Assembly: GCA_964586735.1 (NCBI GenBank)
Contig: CAZPIN010000089.1
Span: 1,200 to 65,199 of the forward strand
Direction of reading: 5' to 3'
DNA from: an uncultured Rhodobacterales bacterium
GTDB lineage: Bacteria; Pseudomonadota; Alphaproteobacteria; Rhodobacterales; CAZPXZ01
Length of the DNA: 64,000 nucleotides
Shown: positions 1 to 9,846 of the stretch, in pieces
Layout: each line of letters opens with the position of its first letter
Position numbering within the stretch: position 1 is the first letter of the stretch
Notes under the pieces: model-generated
Databases searched by the model: none
What the model saw: the letters and a program-made list of their open reading frames with translations, nothing else
Told to the model about the DNA's origin: nothing
Position numbers and translations under genes: made by a program

Positions 1-55
1 ACGGTGACGTCTTCCCAGTCATGGCTGGAATGCGCAGCGTCCTGTCGGACTTGCC

Positions 56-3000
56 TTGACTCTGGAATCAGCGCCGATAACGTACGCGCAGCAACAAGCC
101 TGGTGGGGAGAAAGCGGCATGAGTGAACACTCGCCGAGCAGTCAGGAAGTACTAGAGCTCGACGCCGTCACGGGAAGCGTAAGGCTTCCGGCGTCTTGGG
201 TGGAGATCGTCCAGACCCGTCGCGAGGGCGACGACCTCGTCGTGCAGCTTGTCGACGGGCGCACTTTGCTTGTGCCCGACTTTTTCTCCATCGCGCAGGC
301 TGTGGCCTTAGTGCGCGAGCCAACAGGTGTCATCCTTGCCTTGGACATCACTCCCCAAGGCGAATCGCAGGGAGTCCGCTCCGTCTCCCTGAGCTGGCTG
401 GAGGAGATGTTTGGCATCGAGCCCGAGGAGCAGGTCGCCGCTGAACTCGATGCAGTCGAAGATTCGGAGGAGGAACCAGCCGAAGAGTCCGCCGAAGATC
501 AGGCGGACGAGGCCGCTGCCGTTGCCGCCATCGAAGAGGAAGCCGAACCGGACCAGGTGGCGGCGCCTGAAACCCAGCCAGACTCCAGCGTTGCGGCCAC
601 ATCTTCAGACGAGGACAACGCGACATCCGACGCGCCCAGAGAGCCCAAAAGCGCTGGCAGCTATGTCGACGAGATCATGGTGGCAAGCGCCGTACTGGGA
701 GTCGCCGCCCTCGTCGGAGGTGACGAGGAATCAACGTCGCCGCTTGCGGTTGACCCCGCGTTGAAGCCAGCGCTGCCGGACAGCGAAGTGGTGGAGCGAG
801 GCATAACGAAGACTGAGCAGGCAAGAGTGTTCAATATCGCGGACTGGGCCATCCCTGACGCGGCCCGGATACCCAGCGAAGCGGATGTGGTCTGGACGCC
901 TGCCAGCGGCAGGGAAGGGACGACCCTGCAGGCCAACTTCGACCTCGACGGAGATGGCGCCGTCGACGCCCAGACGAGGATTCACTTCAACGCAGACTAT
1001 GTTGCGACCGGCGTTGACTTCGACGACAACTACGACGGGTCGACGGACCGAAGCGTGGCGTTCACGGTCAACGAAAGCGGCCAGCATACCCTGGCGCGGT
1101 ACGACGACGATGGCGACGGCTCATATGACAGAGCGGAAGCCTACGGAACGGACAGCGACGGCAACCGGGTGGTCCAACATGATGACGACTACCGCGGCGC
1201 CTTTCTGGCGGACAGAATCGAGACCATAACGCAGGATGCCGACGGCACCACCGTTGCGGAGATTGACGAGAACGGTGACGGCAGCCCAGACCGGATCGAA
1301 AGGCGGTTTCTCGACAGAAGCGAAACGCTCAGCGAAGTTTGGGTGTTCGACCTCTCTGACGGCAACCCTGAGGACATCGACGCGCGCAAGACCTATCACT
1401 ACAACGAAATCGGCTTATTGGAGCGCGTTGACCATGACGAGTACGTAGACGGTACTGTTGACAGGTCGGAGTTCTATTTCGGGGGAGACGGCGAAGCCAA
1501 CCGGAGCGAATCGTATTTCCTTGACAGTCAGGGACGCCTCGTCGCTATCTCGTACGACGACGACAACGACGGCAATCCGGACTGGACGGCCGTCCTGGGC
1601 TATGGAGATGCCGCTGGCGGCTCCGCCATAAGCGGCCGAGCCGTCAACCCCGACCCGCGCGAGCATGCGACCGGGCACAGGGCCACCAGCATCACAATCG
1701 ATGAGGATTACGACAGAATTATCGACCGATCTGAGCAGTACGAGTATGTCAGTACCGGCTACGCAAGGGGCCGCGTTGCCGCCATAACGTACGATAACGA
1801 CCACAGCAACGACGGCACCTTCGAGCTTAGGGAAACATTCGAGTATGATCGGAGCTCCCCGCAGCAGAGTCAGCCCCTGCGCAAGTACGTAGATCAGTTC
1901 GCAGATGGGACCTTCGAGCGAGTCGAGCAGTACCGCTACAGTGAAGGCCTTGCCGACAGGGTAGAGCGAATCGAATACGACGACAGCTATGATGGAACCA
2001 GCTTTCAGTCGGACCGGGCTGAGGACATTGAGTATAATAGCCGGGGGGCGGTGAGTAGAACTCGATACGACGACGACAATGACGGAGACGCTGATCGGAT
2101 CGAGGAATACCGCTATGGCCTGGACGCGCGTGTCTCCGAGGTCCGGTTTGACGGGAATGCCGATGGAATCTGGGACTCTATCGAGCGCCATAGATGGAAC
2201 GGCAATGGCAAGCGGGCCGGACGAGTTTATGACAGCGATGCGGATGGCACCCCGGACCGCGCCGAAGCATATCAGTACAACATTAAGGGCCGATTGGGCG
2301 CGATACAAATTGACGATGACGCGGACGGCACCGTCGATTCCTCTGTCGCCATTGCCTATAACGCGCGGGGGCAAGAATCAGCTAGGCTGCATGATGATGA
2401 CATCGACGGTACGGCCAACAGAATTGACACATACAGCTATAGCGGACAGGGCGTACTGGAGAGACTCACCACCCAGACAGATCACAATGACAACGGGTAT
2501 ACCAATTACGAGCGAATTGATACGTTTCTCTACAATGGCGGAATCCTGACCAGCCACCGCGTTCAATACGATCCAGACGAGGATGGCTCCTATGAACGGG
2601 ATGAAGTGACGCTGTACAGCGCGGAGGGCGTCCGTTATGACCGCACCATCAGGCGCGACACCAACGACGACGGAACCTTCAACAGCGTGGAGCGCACCGA
2701 GTGGAGCCTCAGCGATGACTCTTACCGGATCACCGTGAGCCTATATCCGGACTCAAGTCTGGTAGGTTCGCCAAACCGAATGGAAGTGCGCCAGTACGAC
2801 GAGCAGGGCACTATCGACACTGGCATTGAGTATTTCGACTACTCCAGAGACGGCGACTGGGACGAGGTGATCCGCACAACGTATGCCAATGGGCTGCCGC
2901 ACATACTGGAGATATTCGAGGACTTTGACGGCACGATGGCTGCGGATAGAATCATTGTGTACGAATACGACAGCGAAGGAAGCGTCGCGCGGGCAAAGTA

Positions 3001-6000
3001 CGATGATGACGCGGACGGCCAGGGTACTGGCGACTTTGAGAGAATTGAAACTTACACGGGCCGCAACAGCCGGGGAGACCTGACGAGTGTCAGCTACGAT
3101 GACAACGCCGACGGCGTTATCGACCGCACAGAAGTCCGCGAGTACAACGCCGATAATTTGCACGAGAGAAGCACGTTCCTGATTGACGAGAACAATGATC
3201 TTGTCAATGAGCGCCGAGAGACGCTAACTTACAACCAGCTCGGCCAGATTGTGCGCGCGGAATATGATGGCGCCAATGGACCCGATGGCTCGCCAGATGC
3301 CTTGGGGTGGGTTGACCCAACCGGCGCTTCCTATGGCACCGTTGACGGTACAACGGACTGGAGCGAGGAGACGGTGTGGTTTGGCAGCGCGGTAGGAAGG
3401 AAAACCCTCCATTTCCATGGATTCGTCAGTGGGGCAATTGAAAAGACGGAAGTGCATCATTTCGAGCAGGGGGCAATCGGCCGCATCGACCACTACGGGC
3501 GAACCTTGCTCGACGGCACCGCCGACTCTTTGGGCGAAATCGACCCGGACGGAACAGTCTATGGCACATCTGACGGCACGGCAGATGGCTCTCCCGACTG
3601 GACGGAGGACTTCGACTACGCGCCCATGCCGGGTGTCGCGCTTCGCACAACCTCCCGCTACTACGTGGCCGGAAACTCCAACCCAAAGGCAGAGGTGGTG
3701 CGGGAAGACTATACTGACGGAAGCTTCGTCCAGATAAACCGCTGGGATGACGAAGGCGGCACGGCGGATGGGACCATGGACCGCGCTCAGTCCCGGTATT
3801 TTGCGGCGGACGGCCAATTAGCTTATGTCCTTGACGACAGTAACAATGACGGCACCTGGGAATCCAGGGGACAATTTACCTTCAACGAGCAGAACGTCGC
3901 GACTGAATCATTTGTTACCGAATATGGCAGCGATGGCAGGGCCATAGTCCGAACTATAGCAAGCGTGTTTGAGGTGACTCCAAATTCCAGACAGCTGAGA
4001 GAGGAAACCGTAACGGACTACTCCGATGGTGGCACAAACGCCGACAGAATTGTAACTACGAGATACCTCACTTCAGGCGCCGACAGAGGCAAGCCAGAGC
4101 AGACGCTTGTTGACACCAACGGCGATGGTTTGTGGGAAACTGATACTGTTTCAAGCTATTCAGCCACAGGGCGTACGGATCTAGTTAGCTACCATCTCCA
4201 CCCCACGGACGATTCTATAGTTAACCGCGGTGAGCGCCAAACATTTAATGAAGTGGGCCATTTAACTGGCATTGAGCATGACATGGACTATAACGGCACT
4301 GAGGCCGATTTTTCCGCCGATGCGACAACCGAGCACGCTTATGAAGCCAATGGCAGGCGAACGGTTTCGAGATTTGACCTGAACGCGGATGGTACCGTGG
4401 ACATCGCCTACTCATACAGCTATGACGCAAGCGGCACCCGGGAGTCGGTTGGAATCCATAACGACGGAACCATTAGCGGCAGTGCTGACCGGTCAGAGAC
4501 GATGGTATACAACGACGATAGCGGGCTGCCGAGTCAGGTTGAGTACGACTATGACAATGACAGCACCGTCGACGCGCGGGCGATAAACCGCTATGACGAC
4601 TCTGGTCGCTTGATCGTGATTCGCCACAACGATGGCTCGTCCGAAAGGACCGAAACGCGAACCTTCAACGTAAGGGACCAAATCGCAAGCATTGCACGCG
4701 ATTTTGACGGAAATGGCACGGCTGACGCGCTTGAGGAGAACCGCTATGACAGTTCTGGCCGGCTGAGTCGCATCCTTTATGACGACAACCATAGTGATGA
4801 CGGTGTTTATGAGCGAATTGTGCGCATTGTCTACAGCAATGGCCAGATCGAGCGCATACAGTATGATATGGACGCTGACAGCGCGATCGACTTTGAAGTC
4901 GACGCATTCGGTTACGATTCTCTTGGCAGGAGGGTAAGTGAAACCACCAGCGAAAGCGGCGTTGCTACGCGCACCGATACTATTGAATACGAGGGAAACA
5001 GCCAGCGCCTTGCGAGGCGCACTATCTCCTGGCGCAATGTGGATGGTGACGGCGATGGAACGCCAGGCGTGATCGAAAGGCGGGAGTACGATGCATTCGG
5101 CAGAGTTACGCGCGTTGAATACTACGACAACATCGCTGCAATTGCCTCTAACGACGAGGATCGAATAGTCTCGTACACCTACAACGGCAGCACGAACCTT
5201 GTAGCAACGGCCAATTTCGACATCGACGGAGACGGCACCGTCTCCCGTCACGCAACCTACACGTACGGGACAAACAATCGACTCCAGTCCATTGCCGTTA
5301 ATCTCGACCTTGATGATGATGGCACCACTGATGAATCTGAAACCTACACCTATACCTCGGATCGTACTGTCACCATCGAATATGACGGGACAGACGATCG
5401 GGTTGAATATTTAACCTACGCTGGGGCCAGTATCCAATCTCCCTCACTGCCAGGAACAGATGTCGAAGTACCGCCAAGCGTGGCGGAGCTCGCTTCTTTA
5501 CGGAGTGTACTGGAGGGAGTTGCCAGAATTGCACACGGCCGCATCGAAAGACTGGCGACAAACCATATATCCAACAGCAACGACGTTACAATTGATGAAG
5601 TTGAGACGTATTACTACAACCAGGGCGGTGATTTGATTCGCACTGACATCGATATGGATAACGATGGCACAGTAGACAGGAGACAGCACATTAGTGAAGG
5701 CGATTTTAACTGGCTTGAAGTTGACCATAATGATGATGGAACCTTTGACGAAGTCTATCGAGATGTTGAATTCGATGAAGAGGGTCGCGCTAGCGTCCGC
5801 GAATATTCTGACATCGAATCCGCGCCCGATTTTGAAGTAAACATAACTGAGTTTCGACTGTACGAGAGTGCAAGCGATAGCCTCCCATGGGCCCATGTGC
5901 GCGACTTGGACGGTGATCCAGATTACGACACCATGTATGTGGAATTCTCCGGCGGGACTTTGGAGATTCTCCCGACAACAGGTTCACTGTTCCCGCATCT

Positions 6001-6307
6001 TGAAACGATTGATCTTGGAGGGCTGACCCTCGATGGCAGCAGTCCATCGGTAACTCTGGATATTGACTCGGAAACGGTTCGAAATCTTGCAGGGGGAGCT
6101 GATGGAACCATTGACAACCGATACAACGAAGAATCCCCCTATGTGCTGAGAATCATTTCCAACCGCGCGTCCGGACTCAACCTAGCCAGCAGCGAATTCG
6201 CAAGAGACGACAGCGCTGATTCCGGCGACCTGCAAGCCTATAGGGCTTCCAGCAATGACTTGCTGGTTGTTCTGGTGGACCCGGACATTACCGTTACACT
6301 GGCTTAA
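56..6307 (+). CDS. Giant polyacidic repeat protein, family member A (BapA-prefix-like N-terminal cassette, one hydrophobic helix, YD-like + DxDxDG repeats, conserved C-terminal cassette)
   Basis: Uninterrupted 2083-codon ORF. The track start at 56 is TTG; the ATG at 119, preceded by GGGGAGAAAG, is the more likely start. N-terminal cassette: RREGDDLVVQLVDGRTLLVPDFF...LSWLEEMFG. An E/A-rich linker and one hydrophobic helix follow (IMVASAVLGVAALVGG, ~nt 668-721). The body is dozens of ~45-55-aa units (Y-x-YD-x-x-G-x-L then DxDxDG-x-x-DR). The protein ends LLVVLVDPDITVTLA. Confidence 0.85.
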   Translation: MTLESAPITYAQQQAWWGESGMSEHSPSSQEVLELDAVTGSVRLPASWVEIVQTRREGDDLVVQLVDGRTLLVPDFFSIAQAVALVREPTGVILALDITPQGESQGVRSVSLSWLEEMFGIEPEEQVAAELDAVEDSEEEPAEESAEDQADEAAAVAAIEEEAEPDQVAAPETQPDSSVAATSSDEDNATSDAPREPKSAGSYVDEIMVASAVLGVAALVGGDEESTSPLAVDPALKPALPDSEVVERGITKTEQARVFNIADWAIPDAARIPSEADVVWTPASGREGTTLQANFDLDGDGAVDAQTRIHFNADYVATGVDFDDNYDGSTDRSVAFTVNESGQHTLARYDDDGDGSYDRAEAYGTDSDGNRVVQHDDDYRGAFLADRIETITQDADGTTVAEIDENGDGSPDRIERRFLDRSETLSEVWVFDLSDGNPEDIDARKTYHYNEIGLLERVDHDEYVDGTVDRSEFYFGGDGEANRSESYFLDSQGRLVAISYDDDNDGNPDWTAVLGYGDAAGGSAISGRAVNPDPREHATGHRATSITIDEDYDRIIDRSEQYEYVSTGYARGRVAAITYDNDHSNDGTFELRETFEYDRSSPQQSQPLRKYVDQFADGTFERVEQYRYSEGLADRVERIEYDDSYDGTSFQSDRAEDIEYNSRGAVSRTRYDDDNDGDADRIEEYRYGLDARVSEVRFDGNADGIWDSIERHRWNGNGKRAGRVYDSDADGTPDRAEAYQYNIKGRLGAIQIDDDADGTVDSSVAIAYNARGQESARLHDDDIDGTANRIDTYSYSGQGVLERLTTQTDHNDNGYTNYERIDTFLYNGGILTSHRVQYDPDEDGSYERDEVTLYSAEGVRYDRTIRRDTNDDGTFNSVERTEWSLSDDSYRITVSLYPDSSLVGSPNRMEVRQYDEQGTIDTGIEYFDYSRDGDWDEVIRTTYANGLPHILEIFEDFDGTMAADRIIVYEYDSEGSVARAKYDDDADGQGTGDFERIETYTGRNSRGDLTSVSYDDNADGVIDRTEVREYNADNLHERSTFLIDENNDLVNERRETLTYNQLGQIVRAEYDGANGPDGSPDALGWVDPTGASYGTVDGTTDWSEETVWFGSAVGRKTLHFHGFVSGAIEKTEVHHFEQGAIGRIDHYGRTLLDGTADSLGEIDPDGTVYGTSDGTADGSPDWTEDFDYAPMPGVALRTTSRYYVAGNSNPKAEVVREDYTDGSFVQINRWDDEGGTADGTMDRAQSRYFAADGQLAYVLDDSNNDGTWESRGQFTFNEQNVATESFVTEYGSDGRAIVRTIASVFEVTPNSRQLREETVTDYSDGGTNADRIVTTRYLTSGADRGKPEQTLVDTNGDGLWETDTVSSYSATGRTDLVSYHLHPTDDSIVNRGERQTFNEVGHLTGIEHDMDYNGTEADFSADATTEHAYEANGRRTVSRFDLNADGTVDIAYSYSYDASGTRESVGIHNDGTISGSADRSETMVYNDDSGLPSQVEYDYDNDSTVDARAINRYDDSGRLIVIRHNDGSSERTETRTFNVRDQIASIARDFDGNGTADALEENRYDSSGRLSRILYDDNHSDDGVYERIVRIVYSNGQIERIQYDMDADSAIDFEVDAFGYDSLGRRVSETTSESGVATRTDTIEYEGNSQRLARRTISWRNVDGDGDGTPGVIERREYDAFGRVTRVEYYDNIAAIASNDEDRIVSYTYNGSTNLVATANFDIDGDGTVSRHATYTYGTNNRLQSIAVNLDLDDDGTTDESETYTYTSDRTVTIEYDGTDDRVEYLTYAGASIQSPSLPGTDVEVPPSVAELASLRSVLEGVARIAHGRIERLATNHISNSNDVTIDEVETYYYNQGGDLIRTDIDMDNDGTVDRRQHISEGDFNWLEVDHNDDGTFDEVYRDVEFDEEGRASVREYSDIESAPDFEVNITEFRLYESASDSLPWAHVRDLDGDPDYDTMYVEFSGGTLEILPTTGSLFPHLETIDLGGLTLDGSSPSVTLDIDSETVRNLAGGADGTIDNRYNEESPYVLRIISNRASGLNLASSEFARDDSADSGDLQAYRASSNDLLVVLVDPDITVTLA

Positions 6308-6569
6308 TTAACAGCGCATCCATCAGTTGTCTTCCGGCAAAGTCGTGGCGAACAAGTACCGCAGCTTTGCCGAGTCAAGGGAACCCACGTCTCAGGAAGA
6401 CCAGCCGGCCATGTCACCAGATATTCCGCCAAATCAGCTCAAGGTAAGCCAGGTTCCGTTGCCCTTTGCTCCTGCTGCCTGTTCCCGCCGGTTGCCTGCC
6501 CGTCAGACGGCATCCCCGATTGCTTCTCTCTGTCATTGCGCCTTGCGGCAGCAGGAATCTGCGGCACTC

Positions 6570-6598
6570 TTGCACCAGTACCAGAGCTGCCTTAGTAT
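6570..6598 (+). promoter_or_regulatory. sigma70-like promoter candidate (TTGCAC-N17-TAGTAT) upstream of the TylF-like methyltransferase gene
   Basis: TTGCAC at 6570-6575, a 17-nt spacer, then TAGTAT at 6593-6598. It lies ~70 nt upstream of the ATG at 6669. Pattern match only. Confidence 0.3.
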
Positions 6599-6668
6599 AC
6601 CAGCATACTCAACCAGTGCACGTTGATACGGTACTGGCTTGTTGCTGCCATATCCCATTGGAGGAACT

Positions 6669-7442
6669 ATGTTCTACGCAAATTTTCGCCCGGGCGAGAG
6701 AGAACGCCTGCAGGAAGTTATCCGCTACCTGCAAAGCACATTCCATAGAGTCTTTGCTATGGACAACCTGATTGCACTGGGAAAGAGCGCAGGGTTCATG
6801 CAGGATAACCGCTTTACGGGCGCTGTAGAGCGCCACGCGAAAACCCAGCAGGAGCATTCGCTGCTCTGGCGGCTGCACACGCTTGTGTGGGCTGCCCAAA
6901 ATGCCCTGTCCGTCCAAGGCGACTTCGTGGAATGCGGAGTTTGGCGCGGATACAGCTGCGCCGTCATCACATCCTATCTGGATTTCGCCAAGATCGACAA
7001 AACCCTGTATCTGTATGACACGTTTCGCGGGATACCCGATTCTTACAATTCAGAGAACCGGCCCAATGCCATCTATGATCGAGAGAACAAGGATGACCCC
7101 GACACCATCCTCAATCATGTCCGCAGCGTTTTCGAACCTTTTCCCAATGTGCGCATTGTGCCAGGCGTAATTCCAGACACCTTCAAGAACGAATGCCCTG
7201 AGCACATTTCTTTTCTCCACATTGACATGAACTCCGCCGCTTCAGAAATGGCCGCTCTAGAGCACCTTTACGACCGCGTGACTCCTGGCGGCATAATAGT
7301 GTTTGACGATTATGGCTGGAACGCCTACATCGCTCAGAAGAAGGCGGAGGACAAGTTCATGTCCGCGCGCAATCAGCACATACTCGAACTGCCCACTGGG
7401 CAGGGTCTTCTCGTGAAGCAGGCACCGGCGAAATCCACCTAA
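6669..7442 (+). CDS. TylF/MycF-family SAM-dependent (sugar) O-methyltransferase
   Basis: ATG at 6669 preceded by GGAGGA; the track ORF begins at 6639. Family-typical motifs: ECGVWRGYSCAVI (SAM-binding E-x-G-V-x-x-G) and FLHIDMNSAASEMAALEHLYDRVTPGGIIVFDDYGW. Confidence 0.8.
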   Translation: MFYANFRPGERERLQEVIRYLQSTFHRVFAMDNLIALGKSAGFMQDNRFTGAVERHAKTQQEHSLLWRLHTLVWAAQNALSVQGDFVECGVWRGYSCAVITSYLDFAKIDKTLYLYDTFRGIPDSYNSENRPNAIYDRENKDDPDTILNHVRSVFEPFPNVRIVPGVIPDTFKNECPEHISFLHIDMNSAASEMAALEHLYDRVTPGGIIVFDDYGWNAYIAQKKAEDKFMSARNQHILELPTGQGLLVKQAPAKST

Positions 7443-7486
7443 CGCAACAAGGATAGCTTCCACACGGCGATGCAACGGAGGCAGTG

Positions 7487-8257
7487 CTACGCCACGCGCC
7501 TGAGATACCCATTGCGGGCTGCAGATATGGACAAGCGATCCGTAATTGCATGATCGCATTCATACTCGGGATGCGTCTGCAAAAAATCCCGAACGGCGGA
7601 CATCGGATTGTTGCCTGGTCCCCATGGCCGGTCTGGATAGGAGTCAGCTGGCATGTCCTCGATAAGGGTGTCAAACACCACGCAGTAGCTGCCCACCGAA
7701 ACTAACGGCGCATAGACTTCCAGCTCAGCCCGGACGTGTTCATGCGTGTGGTTGCTGTCCAAGCATACCAGAATCCGCTCATAGTCCTTGGAGAATTCAC
7801 GCACCCCGTCTAGTACTCCTTCGTCAGTACTTGGCCCTTCCACCATTTCGATCCGCGAGCGCATCGGATGTGCGTCCAGCGCAACGCGATTGTGCTCCCG
7901 AATGTCGATATCGATACCCAGCACCCGCCGATGGGATACTGCAGGATCCATCATCTTACCCGCTTCAATTGCCTCGCACATGTCCAGCATCGCCAGCATT
8001 GATGCGGACAAGACTAGGGAGCCGCCATGGGCAATCCCGGTCTCGATAACCAAGTCTGGCCGCAGCTCCCAGATTAGCTCCTGGATCGCGACAATGTCCT
8101 GCGGATACTGGATGATTGGCCTGTCTAGCCAGTGAAAGTTGTACGAATACCTTGGTCCTACGGACGCCCGCAGGAACTCCAGCGCAGCCTTCCTCAGCCT
8201 TTCATCATTCGCCAGGTCAGCGGTGCGACGCACAACCTCTTCCTTGAAACTGTTCAT
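7487..8257 (-). CDS. CmcI-family ('cephalosporin hydroxylase'-type) methyltransferase
   Basis: ATG at 8257 preceded by GGAGGCGGG; the track ORF extends to 8308. Motifs: RYSYNFHWLDRPIIQYPQDIVAIQELIW, VIETGIAHGGSLV and LDSNHTHEHVRAELEVYAPLVSVGSYCVVFDT, typical of CmcI-like methyltransferases found in glycan clusters. Confidence 0.8.
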   Translation of the reverse strand: MNSFKEEVVRRTADLANDERLRKAALEFLRASVGPRYSYNFHWLDRPIIQYPQDIVAIQELIWELRPDLVIETGIAHGGSLVLSASMLAMLDMCEAIEAGKMMDPAVSHRRVLGIDIDIREHNRVALDAHPMRSRIEMVEGPSTDEGVLDGVREFSKDYERILVCLDSNHTHEHVRAELEVYAPLVSVGSYCVVFDTLIEDMPADSYPDRPWGPGNNPMSAVRDFLQTHPEYECDHAITDRLSISAARNGYLRRVA

Positions 8258-8360
8258 GGACCCGCCTCCGGAAGTGTACAGGCGGCGCGCGTCTTGGCGC
8301 AAGCCCAACCATCTGGCTCCAGGCTGCCATGCTCATCCGCGCCGATTTCTGAATACACAC

Positions 8361-9194
8361 TCATTCTCCCTCCTCCGGGCGTACTCCCACCACGCGGGCA
8401 GGGTCGGTCAGATTGTCCGGACGCGCGCCGAACCTCAGCAGGTCCCGGCGGCCGTATCCATCGGCAATGCTCTCGGCCAGGCTTCGCACGGTGATTCCCT
8501 TGCCAGTCGAGATGTTGGTCGCTCCCTGCCGTGTTCCCAGCGCTTCCGAAACCATCAGTCTAGCGGCGTCCTTGACATCGATGAAGTCCCGCACCTGGCC
8601 TCCGCCGGAGAGTTCGGCCGGTTCCCCTCGCTGCATCTGCTGGTGCAGATAGGGTACCAGACGGCGTGGATCCTCTCCTTCACCGTACAGATAGAACAGC
8701 CTTGCCCACAGAAACGAGATGCTCTTCTCTGCAAAGTAGCTCCGCAGGGTTAAATAGGCCGCCGCTTTGGCCGCCGCGTAGGGTGTCTGCGGGTTCAGCT
8801 GAGTGTCTGCCGTCAGGTCTCCACCGATCAAATCATACTCGAAACAGGTACCAACGCCCACAAAGCGCGGCACACCCGCTTGCGCTGCTCCCTTCGCCAT
8901 AGCCAGAGTACCAGACAGGCAGTCAAGATTTTTGTCAGAAACAAGATACTTCCCCGGTTCGGCATACCAGGCCAGATGCAGTGCCAGGTCCACGCCAGAC
9001 AGCCGCTCCGCCCACCAGTCTGGGCATTCCGCGAACAGATCATCGCTTTCCGCGATGCTGGCGGATTCTGCCGGCAAGCGGCCGGCGGTTCCGGCGCGTA
9101 CCACGCACGCTACCTCGCACCCCTGCACAACCAATTCGGCCATGACTGCCCTGCCAACAAACCCCGTAGCCCCGGTCAATAGCACGCGCGCCAT
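8361..9194 (-). CDS. NAD-dependent epimerase/dehydratase family (extended SDR) sugar-nucleotide reductase/epimerase
   Basis: N-terminal Rossmann motif MARVLLTGATGFVGRAV and catalytic YAAAK (PYAAAKAAAY). Sits within the sugar cluster on the same strand. Confidence 0.8.
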   Translation of the reverse strand: MARVLLTGATGFVGRAVMAELVVQGCEVACVVRAGTAGRLPAESASIAESDDLFAECPDWWAERLSGVDLALHLAWYAEPGKYLVSDKNLDCLSGTLAMAKGAAQAGVPRFVGVGTCFEYDLIGGDLTADTQLNPQTPYAAAKAAAYLTLRSYFAEKSISFLWARLFYLYGEGEDPRRLVPYLHQQMQRGEPAELSGGGQVRDFIDVKDAARLMVSEALGTRQGATNISTGKGITVRSLAESIADGYGRRDLLRFGARPDNLTDPARVVGVRPEEGE

Positions 9195-9303
9195 CAGCGA
9201 CCTCCGCAGCTAAGCCCTTGAGTCGCGCACAATACCTCCGGCGGGTGCGTCAAGGCAGAGTTCGCCGCGAAACGATGTCCGGCGAGGCAACGCGACGGTC
9301 TGT

Positions 9304-9846
9304 TCACAGGGAGGACACTTCGGAGCACGGTGGCAGTTCCTGGTCACGCTGGGACCGTACGGTGACGGTCAGTGGCCACTGAATACCAAGTTCGGGATCA
9401 AGCGCCTGCACGCCGCCCTCGGCTTCCGGCGCGTATGGTGACGAGCAGAAGTACTGCAGCTCGCAATTGGCCGTTAGGGCCTGGTAGCCGTGGGCGAATC
9501 CCTCCGGTACATAGATCGCGTTGCGCGTCTCTGAGTCTAATTCCAGCGAAACGTGCTGGCCAAAACTCTCCGACCCGCTACGCAGGTCGACGATGACATC
9601 GTGCGCGCGGCCGTTCAGCGCCCGCACCAGCTTGCATTCGGCATACGGCGGACGCTGAAAATGCATGCCGCGCAGCGTCCCAGCCTGGACAGACAGGGCG
9701 ACGTTCATCTGCGGCCAGTCGACGTTGAGGCCGGAGTTGGTAAACTCCCTGCTGCAGAAGATTCGCGCGAACATCCCTCGCTCGTCAGCCTTGGGCTCGA
9801 TCAGCACCTCGTACGAGCCGGACAAGGCAAGCGGCCTGATAATCAT
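9304..9846 (-). CDS. RmlC-like cupin sugar-nucleotide 3,5-epimerase
   Basis: 180 aa with RmlC-family signatures (GTLRGMHFQ, AIYVPEGFAHGYQAL). The ATG overlaps the rfbG stop by 4 nt (ATGA at 9843-9846). Confidence 0.75.
   Translation of the reverse strand: MIIRPLALSGSYEVLIEPKADERGMFARIFCSREFTNSGLNVDWPQMNVALSVQAGTLRGMHFQRPPYAECKLVRALNGRAHDVIVDLRSGSESFGQHVSLELDSETRNAIYVPEGFAHGYQALTANCELQYFCSSPYAPEAEGGVQALDPELGIQWPLTVTVRSQRDQELPPCSEVSSL

Noticed and set aside
1415-2374. Long antisense or out-of-frame ORFs inside the giant genes. Examples: 1415-2374(-), 4493-5251(-), 31198-32253(+), 32314-33123(+), 51101-52285(-), 55667-56713(-), 56178-57251(-), 58980-60584(-), 61707-62651(-).
   Set aside because: They lie entirely within much longer ORFs that carry recognisable cassettes and regular repeats. 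Their translations are the monotonous Val/Ser/Pro/Arg-rich mirror of GAC/GGC-rich codons. They are typical shadow ORFs of GC-rich repeat DNA.
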